A stretch of DNA of 64,000 bases from Candidatus Cloacimonadales bacterium (GTDB lineage Bacteria; Cloacimonadota; Cloacimonadia; Cloacimonadales; JAFGVF01): contig OY759729.1 of NCBI GenBank assembly GCA_963662585.1, positions 1,440,001-1,504,000 on the forward strand. The letters are read 5' to 3'. The position numbers were made by a program, and so were the translations under genes. The notes beneath the pieces were generated by a model. The model worked only from the letters and a program-made list of their open reading frames with translations, was not told where the DNA came from and ran no database searches. Below, one piece after another: positions 1 through 9,543 of the stretch (positions are counted from its first letter, which is position 1; every line of letters starts with the position of its first letter).

Positions 1-367
1 CATCTTGAGTATAACTTGCAGGTTCAGAAGTCTTCCAGAAACACTCTCCAATTCTAAAATAAGCAATTTCTAAGTCTTTCATATTAGATGAGTAACGCAT
101 AAGAAATTGATATTCAAGTCTAGCATTTTCATACTGTCCCATCAAGTAGTAACTTTCAGCAAGTTTTGCCTGAGCATCTGTAGTAATACCAGATGTTTTA
201 TAACTAACGATTGATTCAAAGATAGGAATAGCTTTGCGATATTTACCTTGATTAAAATAGTTATCAGCTATTTTAAATCTTTCAGTTTCAGAAGAGTCTT
301 CATAAAGATTGTTACTGCAACCCATAAGCAATCCTAAAAGCAGAGTTAATAAGAGCATTTTTTTCAT
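1..367 (-). CDS. bamD: Outer membrane protein assembly factor BamD-like TPR lipoprotein (runs off window start)
   Basis: Manual translation MKKMLLLTLLLGLLMGCSNN...FKIADNYFNQGKYRKAIPIFESI...AQAKLAESYYLMGQYENARLEYQ...YTQD; lipobox LMGC plus TPR pattern. Confidence 0.75.
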   Translation of the reverse strand, partial: MKKMLLLTLLLGLLMGCSNNLYEDSSETERFKIADNYFNQGKYRKAIPIFESIVSYKTSGITTDAQAKLAESYYLMGQYENARLEYQFLMRYSSNMKDLEIAYFRIGECFWKTSEPASYTQD

Positions 368-422
368 TTTTTTTAGTCCTCTATACAGTACTGTTAATAT
401 TTTGTTTATTTCTAGTGTTTAA

Positions 423-914
423 TTATTCTATAGACCATAAGGAGTAGATAAGAGTCCCTGTCATTAATGAAATTAAGACAGATTTCCACAAGGTGACATC
501 ACCATCATTGACAGAAGTTTCTTCTACTTTGCTGAAATTAACATGATAGTCGATACGCGAAGAAAGGTTATCTACAACTTTAGCTTCAGCGAGAATTTTT
601 GATTGCTTAGCGTCCCTTGAAAAGAGAAAAGACTTTTTAGGAATATAAGTTACTTCTTCATTTATTGAAAAGAAAATAGATTTACTAGCCAAAGTCTGAT
701 CACTTCTTACATCAATACTTTCTTTAATGAATTCTTGTAAGATATAACTATCTAATTGATGATTTTTAGAATTGATTAAATAATAGCTTTCCTTACTATT
801 AAGCTGAACTTGAATATGAGAAATTAAGGTATCTGCTACTTCCTGATTAAAGATAGGATTAGCCATTGTTACCGAATAACAAAATAATAATATCAAAACT
901 AGTAATTTTCTCAT
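423..914 (-). CDS. Hypothetical exported protein with C-terminal membrane anchor
   Basis: 163-aa ORF, signal peptide, hydrophobic C-terminus, 4-bp overlap with upstream gene. Confidence 0.7.
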   Translation of the reverse strand: MRKLLVLILLFCYSVTMANPIFNQEVADTLISHIQVQLNSKESYYLINSKNHQLDSYILQEFIKESIDVRSDQTLASKSIFFSINEEVTYIPKKSFLFSRDAKQSKILAEAKVVDNLSSRIDYHVNFSKVEETSVNDGDVTLWKSVLISLMTGTLIYSLWSIE

Positions 915-1627
915 TTTTCTAAGTCCTTAATAAAAGCTTTTACTTTATCAATTCTAATATAATCAGAATAATTCTTATTGATAGTCTTTGCTTGGGTTAA
1001 AGCCAAGTCATACTTGCCTAATATCTTATTAATTATGGCTATCTTGAAAAGACTATCAAGACTCTTTTCCGAGTTTATTGAGTTTCTTGATACTTCTCTA
1101 AACTTATCAATAGCCTCATTATATTTTCCCTCATCAAAATCAATTTCTGCTAACCAATAAAGGCAATTAACCTTCAATTCATGAGAAGGATAGCTATTAA
1201 TAAACTCATTGAATTTCTTCTTTGCTTCTAGTAAATCTCTTTTGATATAATAGTTTCTAGCTTGAGCATAAAGAGTTTCAGCTGGAACACTTACACTTGT
1301 ATTATTGCTCTTCCCTACTTCTGTGCTTGTACTTTTCCTACTATTAGAGGTCATAAGATCAATTATATTCTCTACTCTGTCATTATAAAATGACAGTTGC
1401 TCATCTAACAAGTCAATTTTATCTTGTAAATAACTAACATCTTTCTCTAATACTTCTATTCTTTCAGATGAGATTATCTCTATAGTTTGATTTAACACCA
1501 TTACAGAATCTTGTAAAGTTGATAGTTTCATCTCTAAATCAGCAAATCTTTGCTTAATTATGTCATTATTATGTGAACAGCCAATGAACATTATGGTTGA
1601 GATTATCAGAGAAATTAGTCTTTTCAT
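911..1627 (-). CDS. CpoB/YbgF-like coiled-coil + TPR lipoprotein
   Basis: Lipobox FIGC, N-terminal coiled coil, C-terminal TPR (LYAQA...F.EFINSYP.HEL..NCLYWLAE). Confidence 0.75.
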   Translation of the reverse strand: MKRLISLIISTIMFIGCSHNNDIIKQRFADLEMKLSTLQDSVMVLNQTIEIISSERIEVLEKDVSYLQDKIDLLDEQLSFYNDRVENIIDLMTSNSRKSTSTEVGKSNNTSVSVPAETLYAQARNYYIKRDLLEAKKKFNEFINSYPSHELKVNCLYWLAEIDFDEGKYNEAIDKFREVSRNSINSEKSLDSLFKIAIINKILGKYDLALTQAKTINKNYSDYIRIDKVKAFIKDLEK

Positions 1628-1647
1628 ATTGTTTTATATTTCAAAAT

Positions 1648-1677
1648 CAGGTGGTAATATTAACTACTACCACCTGA
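1648..1677 (-). terminator. Intergenic hairpin
   Basis: TCAGGTGGTA...TACCACCTGA inverted repeat just after the aminopeptidase stop. Confidence 0.5.
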
Positions 1678-1694
1678 AAGATGGAATATATATA

Positions 1695-3101
1695 TTAAGC
1701 CTTAAGAATGAAGGCTTTATATCCTTTATAAGTGCTGTATAAATCAGCTTTACTAATTAATTCATAAAGAGAGTGCATGCCTAAAACACTAGGACCGCAA
1801 TCTATTACTTCTGCGCCAAATTCAGCTAAGAACTTAGCAATAGTTCCTCCGCCACCCTCATCAACTTTACCAAGAGTTCCTGTTTGCCAGAATACTTTAG
1901 CATCGTTGAAGATTCTGATAACTTCAGCATTGAATTCAGCATTAGCATCATTACTTCCGCCTTTTCCACCAGCACCTGTGTACTTTAGAAGAGTAACACC
2001 GTGACCTAGAACTGGAGCATTTAATTTTTCATGAACACTTGGGTAATTTGGATTTAATGGAGCATTAACATCTGCAGAAAGAACTTTTGATTTCATTAAA
2101 GTTTTTCTTAAGTTGTAGCTACCACAATCTTCACCGTTTTGTTTTAACACATCACCAACAAAATCAGTAATGAAGATAGATTTAGCACCAGTATTACTAT
2201 CAGAACCAACCTCTTCTTTATCACTAAAATAAACAATTGAAGTTCTTTCTAAATCTTTAGGTGCGAGTTCGATTAGAGCTTTTAAACCTGTATAAGCACA
2301 GATTCTATCATCTTGACCATAACCCATAACCATTGATCTATCTAAACCAACTTCTCTTGCTTTACCAGCAGGAACTAATTCTAATTCTGCTGAAAGAAGA
2401 TCTTCTTCATCAATACCATACTTTTCATTAAGAAGCTCTAAAACATGATATTTAATAGCTTCTTTTTGATCTTTATCTTCTACTGGAATAGAACTTATAA
2501 CTAAATTCAAATTATCAGCAGAGATAGCATCACCAATCTTCTTTGGAGATTGAACATTTCTAGCTAGATGAGGAAGTAAATCAGGAATAATAAATACAGG
2601 ATCTGTTTCATCTTCACCAATAGTTACCTTAACAACTTCACCAGCTTTATTAATAACAACACCATGAATAGCAAGAGGTGTTGAAACCCATTGATATTTT
2701 TTGATACCACCATAATAGTGAGTCTTTGCCATTCCTAAAGCACTGCTAGCATCTTCATAAAGAGGATTCTGCTTAATGTCTATTTTGGGAGCATCAATAT
2801 GTGCGGCCACAATGTTAACACCATCAGAAACTGGCTTTTTGCCGATTATAGCAAAAGCTAAAGTCTTTCCACGGAAGATAGAATAGACTTTCTTTCCTGT
2901 TTTGTTAGCTAACACTTCTTTGAATCCATTTGATTTAAGGATTGCTTCAGTGTAAGCAACAGTTTCGCGTACATTTTTACATTCGTTCAAGAAATCGATA
3001 TAATCTTTGGAAAATTCATGAGCTGCTTTAATATCTTTTTTGTCAGCTTCTTTCCAGAAATTTTTACGACTATAGGTAATAAGTTTTTTCTCTTTTTTCA
3101 T
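1695..3101 (-). CDS. M18 family aminopeptidase
   Basis: AHIDAP, HYYGGIKKYQW, GQDDR, DKEEVGS, GGGGTIA, MHS motifs. Confidence 0.92.
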   Translation of the reverse strand: MKKEKKLITYSRKNFWKEADKKDIKAAHEFSKDYIDFLNECKNVRETVAYTEAILKSNGFKEVLANKTGKKVYSIFRGKTLAFAIIGKKPVSDGVNIVAAHIDAPKIDIKQNPLYEDASSALGMAKTHYYGGIKKYQWVSTPLAIHGVVINKAGEVVKVTIGEDETDPVFIIPDLLPHLARNVQSPKKIGDAISADNLNLVISSIPVEDKDQKEAIKYHVLELLNEKYGIDEEDLLSAELELVPAGKAREVGLDRSMVMGYGQDDRICAYTGLKALIELAPKDLERTSIVYFSDKEEVGSDSNTGAKSIFITDFVGDVLKQNGEDCGSYNLRKTLMKSKVLSADVNAPLNPNYPSVHEKLNAPVLGHGVTLLKYTGAGGKGGSNDANAEFNAEVIRIFNDAKVFWQTGTLGKVDEGGGGTIAKFLAEFGAEVIDCGPSVLGMHSLYELISKADLYSTYKGYKAFILKA

Positions 3102-3124
3102 CTTTACCTCTTATTATATTTACA

Positions 3125-3592
3125 TTACTTTATTGATAAAATTTTAAATTTTCTCACACCCTTAGGTGCTTTTACTACTGCTATATCATTTATAGATTTC
3201 CCAACAAAACCTTGTCCTATCGGAGATTCAACAGAAATCTTGGTGTATTCATTCTCAGGGAAATTAACTTCATCGCTCCCTACTAAATAATAAGTAATTA
3301 TCTCTTCTGAGCCAATTTCTTGGGCTTGAACAATTGCCCCAAATCTTACTTTATCCTTAGCAATATTTATAGGATCAATCACTTGAAGTTTAGAACTTTT
3401 TATTTTAAGGTGAGTTACTTCATTATCTATTTGTCTTTGTCTCTCTTTAGCAGACTTGTATTCAGCATTTTCACTTAAATCGCCCATTTCTCTAGCAATT
3501 GAAATTGCTTTCAAGACACTAGGTCTTTCTTTAAGTAAATCATTAATTCTTCTTTGAATTTGTTGCATTCCATAAGGAGTTATATAGCCCAT
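3125..3592 (-). CDS. greA: Transcription elongation factor GreA/GreB
   Basis: AREMGDLSENAEY, VRFGA, ISVESPIG motifs. Confidence 0.9.
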   Translation of the reverse strand: MGYITPYGMQQIQRRINDLLKERPSVLKAISIAREMGDLSENAEYKSAKERQRQIDNEVTHLKIKSSKLQVIDPINIAKDKVRFGAIVQAQEIGSEEIITYYLVGSDEVNFPENEYTKISVESPIGQGFVGKSINDIAVVKAPKGVRKFKILSIK

Positions 3593-3596
3593 ATTT

Positions 3597-4412
3597 TTAA
3601 CCTCTATCTTTAATTCTCTTTAGATGCTTATGACCTGCAATTGCACATTTTTTTAGCTTTGCATTTCCACTTTTAGTCCACTCTTCTACAATCTTATCTA
3701 TATTTTGATCATAGAAGCTTATACTTCCAGTAAGTATTTCAACAACATTAGGATCTCTGCTATTATCGTAAAAATCGAAAGTATCTAAATAGAGTTCTCT
3801 ATCAATTTTTGCAACTTCTTTAAAGAATTGTGATAAGCCTTTAATCAATTCATGAGGAGCATAAGCCCACTTATTTTCAAGATGTCTAAGTATAGGTTTA
3901 GCAAGCTCAGGATTAGACTTACATAACTTAGTAAGAATTTTCAATGCTGTCAATTCCAGCTCTAAATCTCCACTTGAAGTCCAAGTATAAGCAGTTGCTA
4001 GGTATTTATCAGGATATTTCTTTAAGAGTGGAAAAAATACCTTATCGATGATTAATCCTTTTTCATTTTGATCTTTGGCATCGTCTATAAATTCTAGCAT
4101 TTTCGCATAGTACTTTTCTTTATTTTTAGGATAAATCTTGTTTAATATTGTGCAAGCAATAAATTTGCCATTATACAGACCTTCATACCATAAATAGTTT
4201 AAAAATTCAGTATGATTTTCATGTTCTTTTTCAATACATTTGGCAATTTCTTTAGAAACTAAGTTTAATACTTCATTGGGAATATTATGCCCTTCCCTTG
4301 CTGGGTAAGCATTATATATCACATCAAAGCGATAATCTTTCTTGACTAATTTATTTTTACAGAAGTCTGTAGCATCTTTTATTAATCTTTCTTTCCAATC
4401 TAATGATATCAT
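3597..4412 (-). CDS. HEAT-repeat protein, DNA alkylation repair enzyme-like
   Basis: 271-aa helical repeat pattern; weak family resemblance. Confidence 0.5.
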   Translation of the reverse strand: MISLDWKERLIKDATDFCKNKLVKKDYRFDVIYNAYPAREGHNIPNEVLNLVSKEIAKCIEKEHENHTEFLNYLWYEGLYNGKFIACTILNKIYPKNKEKYYAKMLEFIDDAKDQNEKGLIIDKVFFPLLKKYPDKYLATAYTWTSSGDLELELTALKILTKLCKSNPELAKPILRHLENKWAYAPHELIKGLSQFFKEVAKIDRELYLDTFDFYDNSRDPNVVEILTGSISFYDQNIDKIVEEWTKSGNAKLKKCAIAGHKHLKRIKDRG

Positions 4413-4425
4413 TTAATCTCCTATT

Positions 4426-7400
4426 CTAATTTAATACTGCAATTTTCCCTTTTTTCTCCGAATCTCCCATATTAATTACATAGAAGTAAACACCGGAAGA
4501 GACCTTCTGCCCATTGTTATTTTTGAGGTCCCAGCTAAAGTTATCGACACCGTAGAAAGGTCCGATTTTTTTAGTAAATACAAGGTCTCCTGATTTTGTA
4601 TAGATTGAGATTTTACCTCTGGAGTTTAAAGGGAAATTGGTAAAGTTAATCTCATTATCGCCATTCCTAAGATAAGTTGGATTGGGATATACTACCAACT
4701 TTGACAAATCAGTAATATCTGTCAAGTTGAAATGAATGGTACTTAACTGGGGAAGTACCACATTGCCATTACTATCGATAATATTGTTAATTATTAATTT
4801 GTAAGGATTATTTCCATACTGAAGTTCATTGGAAAAGTTAATAATTACTTCATTATCATGATGCAAAATATCTAAGAGTTTAGTAGTTACATCATTGGGA
4901 GGATTTTTCAAAGTAAAGTTACTTATTGTAACTGCTTGAAAATCCTGTGAGAAAATATTCTCTGAGAAAGTAAGTTTAACCTGATCCCGACTTACAATAT
5001 CAATAATTTCCACAGTTGGGGCTATTACATCCTCGACATTATCGAAGCTTGCTGATAAGGTTTCAGCTAAAATATTACTCTGGGATAATATAGAAGAACA
5101 GGTCAAGGTATATTGTGGGTTAATGAGCTCTTGGCGAAGTCTCACAATAGCTCTGGTAAAATTAGTATCTAATATTACTGAATGAGGATTCCCAATACCA
5201 CCGTCAAAAGAGTAATGTCCTACTCTTATCATTTCGTTAGATAGTGGGACATTGAAAACAACTTCAACACTAAAGTCTCCTATCTTCCTAACATTCAATA
5301 TTCTAGGTTGTAGGTTAGGAATAACTGTTTTCCAAGGAGTTAAGTAACTTTCTGCATTGTCAAAGCTTTCATTATAAGTACTAACTGCGAATTTATACTC
5401 TGTATCTACTTGTAATTGTTCGACAGTATAAGAACCACCATTTGTAGTTGAAAGAAGAGTTGGCACACCTTCAATTAGACTATATATTTTATAAGAAGAT
5501 AGACCATCAGCTTCCCAAGTAAGTAGAGCATGACTCTCATCAATAGGAACTGCTTCAAAATTGCTAGGAGTTGCAGGTTCATTATGATAATCTCGTGTTG
5601 TTAAGTAAACACTTTGAGGGGTTCCGTCAATTATTTGATTACATAGTAACATTGAGGGTGAATTGCTATCCGCTTGATAAAAGCTTATCTGGAATGAATT
5701 ACTAGAATTATGAACAGCAGTTGGAGTGAGCTTTCCATCTAGATATTCAACTTTATAGAGATATGGAGTTAAGGAAAGATACATTTCGTCTTTACCATCT
5801 CCATCAAGATCATAAATAACTAAAGAATTATTCTTATCAACATTATCAAATGAGATAGTATCTATAATTTGATAACTATTATTTCCGTCTGATTTATAAA
5901 GGTTAAACTCGAAATAAGTATTATTCATATTCTCTAAATTTTCCACATACCCACCAACAACAAACTCATTTGAGCCATCACCAGTAAAGTCGCCATAATC
6001 CAGATAATAAGCGTTTCTAACACTAACTCTATCAGACCAAGTTAGGTAACTATCAGCATTATCATTAATCTCAAAAATCATAACATCGCCATCAGTATCA
6101 GCAGTTAAGATATCTTGGTAATTATCTCCATCTAGATTAGCACATTTCACCCAAGGAACAAAGGTATTTCTAGCAAAAGTACTGGAAGAATTAACCAATC
6201 TTTCCTTCTCAACAAACTCTTGCAATTGCCTTTGATATAGCTTCACAACAGTCTGGGCAGGTTCATTAATAACACATATTAAATCATCTCTCCCATTGTT
6301 ATTATAATCAGCAAAAATAGCACCTGAACCATTAGCTATTGATTGAATATAGGAATTTAAAGGGTAATTACTTCCTCCATAAGTTTCATATATATAGAGA
6401 GTTTCTAAATTAAGTCCGACAACTTCATAACCTGAATTATTGGAATCACCAATATCAAGAGGACGGAATTTATCATTAAATTGAAATTTAACAGCAAAGC
6501 CCTCAGAATTCTGTTCATAAATAGCGACATTACCAAAAGTACCATTCTCTATATCCATAGCAATAAATTCATTTTTACCATTATCATCAAAATCCACAAT
6601 TTTTTTAGTAGGAATTATCTCGTTAACCATAAGGGGAGAAACTACAAAATTGTTGATTGGGGTAGAGTTATGATCAATTTCACCTAAATCAGGGAGTAAG
6701 CCTGAATAATAATTTAGACCACTTCTATTCTGAGCATTGATCTCTACGCTAATAAGTCCACTACTTACATTGTTTGGTATTGGTACAAAAAGCAGGGAAT
6801 CAGCTGTTTCACTAAAAGCGCTAAATTGCTGATTATCACTAGCATAAATACTTGCTTGCACATTCACAGATTCATTGAAATGGCATTTTATATATTGCTG
6901 TTTATTGTTTGAACGATACCTAGTAACAATTTCAAAATCACTTCTTAACTGGGGTATAGATTTATCTATATAGACATTTCTTAGAATGTTATAGGTTTTA
7001 CCACTATTGTTTTGGACAGACAGTCTAATTCTATATCTCCCGTCTAACATTTCTGGTTCAACTTGAAATTCATGTAAGTCTCCCTCAAAAGGAATACTTA
7101 CTTCGTTGCTATATATATATAAAGGTGTACTCCCATGAGTAAAACAATCTTTCCAAACTAAATCCTCAGTCTCGCTCCCAGGAGAGTAAGTTACTGAATA
7201 ACGGAAAAAGTCATCAATATTTATCTTACCCTTAACGGTGAAGGAAGAACTTAATCCCATCTCTTCATAAGGGTAAGTTATAGAAATATTAGATGCGGTA
7301 TAAGTGCTTAGAAGATTATAGGCATTTATCAAGCCATAACCATATTGTTGATTGAAACCATTTGTCTGAATGCTATTTAGAGGAAGGTACTCAGCAGTTT

Positions 7401-8616
7401 CATAAAGCATTGTTTTTAGTTCATCAAAAGTAGTACCTGGGCGCTGAGAAAGCAACAAGCCCATAATACCTGCAGCATAAGGAGCTGCCATAGAGGTTCC
7501 TGATAATTCAGCATAACCATCGTTACTCCCATCCATACTGTAAGTACTTATTACTTGTGAGCCAGGGGCTACGATATCTAATTCAGGACCATAACTAGAA
7601 AAACTGGATAAGGTCTTTGTCCTATCAACAGAACCCACAGAGAAAACTGTAGATAACCTAGCAGGATAACTAATGAAAGGTCCAGGATCATTACCTGATG
7701 AAGCAACTAAAATTACGCCCCGATCATAAGCATATTGGCAAGCATCTGCAATGATTGCGGAATAATAGCTTGAGCCCCAACTCATATTAATTATATCAGC
7801 ACCCATATCTGTAGCATAAATAATAGCAGCGGAAACATCATCATCTTGCAAATAACCACCTCCAGAAGTAGTTCTAAAACCAGCTCTTATAGGGAGGATA
7901 TTAGCATTCCATACCACACCAGCGATTCCTACTCCATTATTAACTTCTGCTCCGATGATTCCACTAACATGAGTTCCATGATAATTCTCATCAGAAGCAT
8001 CATTTTCTCTCTCAGTATAATCTCCCAAAGCAATATTATCAAGTGTAGGGGCATCGGTGAAGTCCCAGCCTCTATAATCATCAATATAGCCATTATTATC
8101 ATCATCATTCCCAGAATTAGCTATTTCATTTTCATTATTATAAATAATATTTGTTAAGTCTGGATGTTCATAAAGAATTCCTGAATCGACAACTGCAATT
8201 ATGATATCCTCGTCACCAGTAGTGTAGGTCCAAGCCTCAGGAATATTACATAAGCCATGTTGTTGTTGATAAAAGAAAGGATCATTAGTTGTATTATGAA
8301 ATACATTAAGATAGTTAGGTTGAATATATTCAACTTCAGAAAACCTAGTACTTTTAGCTTCTATTTCTGAAAGAGGTATTTCCTTGTTGGTCTCAATAAC
8401 ATAGTATTGATTATTGTTTTTACTTGTTAGAGGAGAGATTTTCTTAACCCCAAAGCTCTTGACCCAACTACTCATTAGAGGTAGAGAATCAAGGTCTAAG
8501 TTTGCTCTAGAATCTTGTAATTTAACAATAATCTCTCTGGGAGAGTAAGCTAAATCTGAAGCAAAGACAGAGAGCATTAATACTAGAAGAGTTAAGACAA
8601 GAATTACCTTTTTCAT
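4426..8616 (-). CDS. S8 subtilisin-like serine peptidase with FG-GAP-like repeats, FN3/Ig domains and T9SS-type CTD
   Basis: Intact triad VVDSG / HGTHVSG / GTSMAAP; DxDGDG repeats; VYPNP...SSGVYF CTD. Confidence 0.92.
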   Translation of the reverse strand: MKKVILVLTLLVLMLSVFASDLAYSPREIIVKLQDSRANLDLDSLPLMSSWVKSFGVKKISPLTSKNNNQYYVIETNKEIPLSEIEAKSTRFSEVEYIQPNYLNVFHNTTNDPFFYQQQHGLCNIPEAWTYTTGDEDIIIAVVDSGILYEHPDLTNIIYNNENEIANSGNDDDNNGYIDDYRGWDFTDAPTLDNIALGDYTERENDASDENYHGTHVSGIIGAEVNNGVGIAGVVWNANILPIRAGFRTTSGGGYLQDDDVSAAIIYATDMGADIINMSWGSSYYSAIIADACQYAYDRGVILVASSGNDPGPFISYPARLSTVFSVGSVDRTKTLSSFSSYGPELDIVAPGSQVISTYSMDGSNDGYAELSGTSMAAPYAAGIMGLLLSQRPGTTFDELKTMLYETAEYLPLNSIQTNGFNQQYGYGLINAYNLLSTYTASNISITYPYEEMGLSSSFTVKGKINIDDFFRYSVTYSPGSETEDLVWKDCFTHGSTPLYIYSNEVSIPFEGDLHEFQVEPEMLDGRYRIRLSVQNNSGKTYNILRNVYIDKSIPQLRSDFEIVTRYRSNNKQQYIKCHFNESVNVQASIYASDNQQFSAFSETADSLLFVPIPNNVSSGLISVEINAQNRSGLNYYSGLLPDLGEIDHNSTPINNFVVSPLMVNEIIPTKKIVDFDDNGKNEFIAMDIENGTFGNVAIYEQNSEGFAVKFQFNDKFRPLDIGDSNNSGYEVVGLNLETLYIYETYGGSNYPLNSYIQSIANGSGAIFADYNNNGRDDLICVINEPAQTVVKLYQRQLQEFVEKERLVNSSSTFARNTFVPWVKCANLDGDNYQDILTADTDGDVMIFEINDNADSYLTWSDRVSVRNAYYLDYGDFTGDGSNEFVVGGYVENLENMNNTYFEFNLYKSDGNNSYQIIDTISFDNVDKNNSLVIYDLDGDGKDEMYLSLTPYLYKVEYLDGKLTPTAVHNSSNSFQISFYQADSNSPSMLLCNQIIDGTPQSVYLTTRDYHNEPATPSNFEAVPIDESHALLTWEADGLSSYKIYSLIEGVPTLLSTTNGGSYTVEQLQVDTEYKFAVSTYNESFDNAESYLTPWKTVIPNLQPRILNVRKIGDFSVEVVFNVPLSNEMIRVGHYSFDGGIGNPHSVILDTNFTRAIVRLRQELINPQYTLTCSSILSQSNILAETLSASFDNVEDVIAPTVEIIDIVSRDQVKLTFSENIFSQDFQAVTISNFTLKNPPNDVTTKLLDILHHDNEVIINFSNELQYGNNPYKLIINNIIDSNGNVVLPQLSTIHFNLTDITDLSKLVVYPNPTYLRNGDNEINFTNFPLNSRGKISIYTKSGDLVFTKKIGPFYGVDNFSWDLKNNNGQKVSSGVYFYVINMGDSEKKGKIAVLN

Positions 8617-8628
8617 AAGAGAATTTCC

Positions 8629-9531
8629 TTAAAATTTGTAAGATAGACTTAGTTTATGCACATCATCAAATCCGTTAGTCATTTGCATATAAGCATAGTC
8701 GATGTTAAAGGAATCATAATCAATACCTACACCAAAGCTGAGGTCATTAGTATCATTATTATTTTTATATCCTGTACGAAGATAGAGAATCTCGAAAGTT
8801 TTAATTTGCATACCAAAATTATAAGCCAAATCAGTATCTTGAGATTTTAGAATTTTTGCATCAAAAGCTAAGTCATAATAGTTAGACATAAATTCCTTAG
8901 AGACACCCAATTCATAATTTATTGGTAAATCTATTTTCTCTTGATCCATTTTAGCTGTTGTGCCTAAGTTCTTTACTGCTGAATAGAGTTTAACATCTTT
9001 TAGAGGTGTACTCCAGACATAACCTAAGTCAGTTGAGAAACCATAACTTGAAGCTGTTGAAATCTTCTCATAAAGAAGGCTTCCATTAATACCGAAGTAG
9101 TGAGTAGCTCCTAATCTATAAGCATAGTTAACAGTTCCTACAAAATCCATAGGAGAGTATTCACCGATTATATCTCCGGCTTCATCTCTTGTATCAATAG
9201 TTCCATAGCCTAGATTTCTAAAAGCGAATCCCCAGTGACTTTTTCTTTTATTAACGGAATAACCACCACTAATAATATCAGTATCAGCCAACCAGAAACT
9301 TTGAGAAACAGTAATAATCCTGCTTCTATTAAACAGACCAGCTGCAGGGTTACTTAAGAAGTTAAGAGCATCATCAGTAATTAAAGCTCCAGTATCTCCC
9401 ATTCCTGCCATAGCAGGACTAGAATTAATCTCTAATATTTGGAATCCATATTCCCCAGCATTTTCATGCTGAGCATTCAAGTTAGCAACAAGAATAAGCA
9501 ACGATATCACGATAATTTTTATTTTATTCAT
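8629..9531 (-). CDS. PorV/PorQ family outer-membrane beta-barrel
   Basis: FQILEI..SPAMAGMG, NPAAG, C-terminal Y-x-F; flanked by two CTD-bearing proteins. Confidence 0.85.
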   Translation of the reverse strand: MNKIKIIVISLLILVANLNAQHENAGEYGFQILEINSSPAMAGMGDTGALITDDALNFLSNPAAGLFNRSRIITVSQSFWLADTDIISGGYSVNKRKSHWGFAFRNLGYGTIDTRDEAGDIIGEYSPMDFVGTVNYAYRLGATHYFGINGSLLYEKISTASSYGFSTDLGYVWSTPLKDVKLYSAVKNLGTTAKMDQEKIDLPINYELGVSKEFMSNYYDLAFDAKILKSQDTDLAYNFGMQIKTFEILYLRTGYKNNNDTNDLSFGVGIDYDSFNIDYAYMQMTNGFDDVHKLSLSYKF

Positions 9532-9543
9532 ATTATTTTCCTT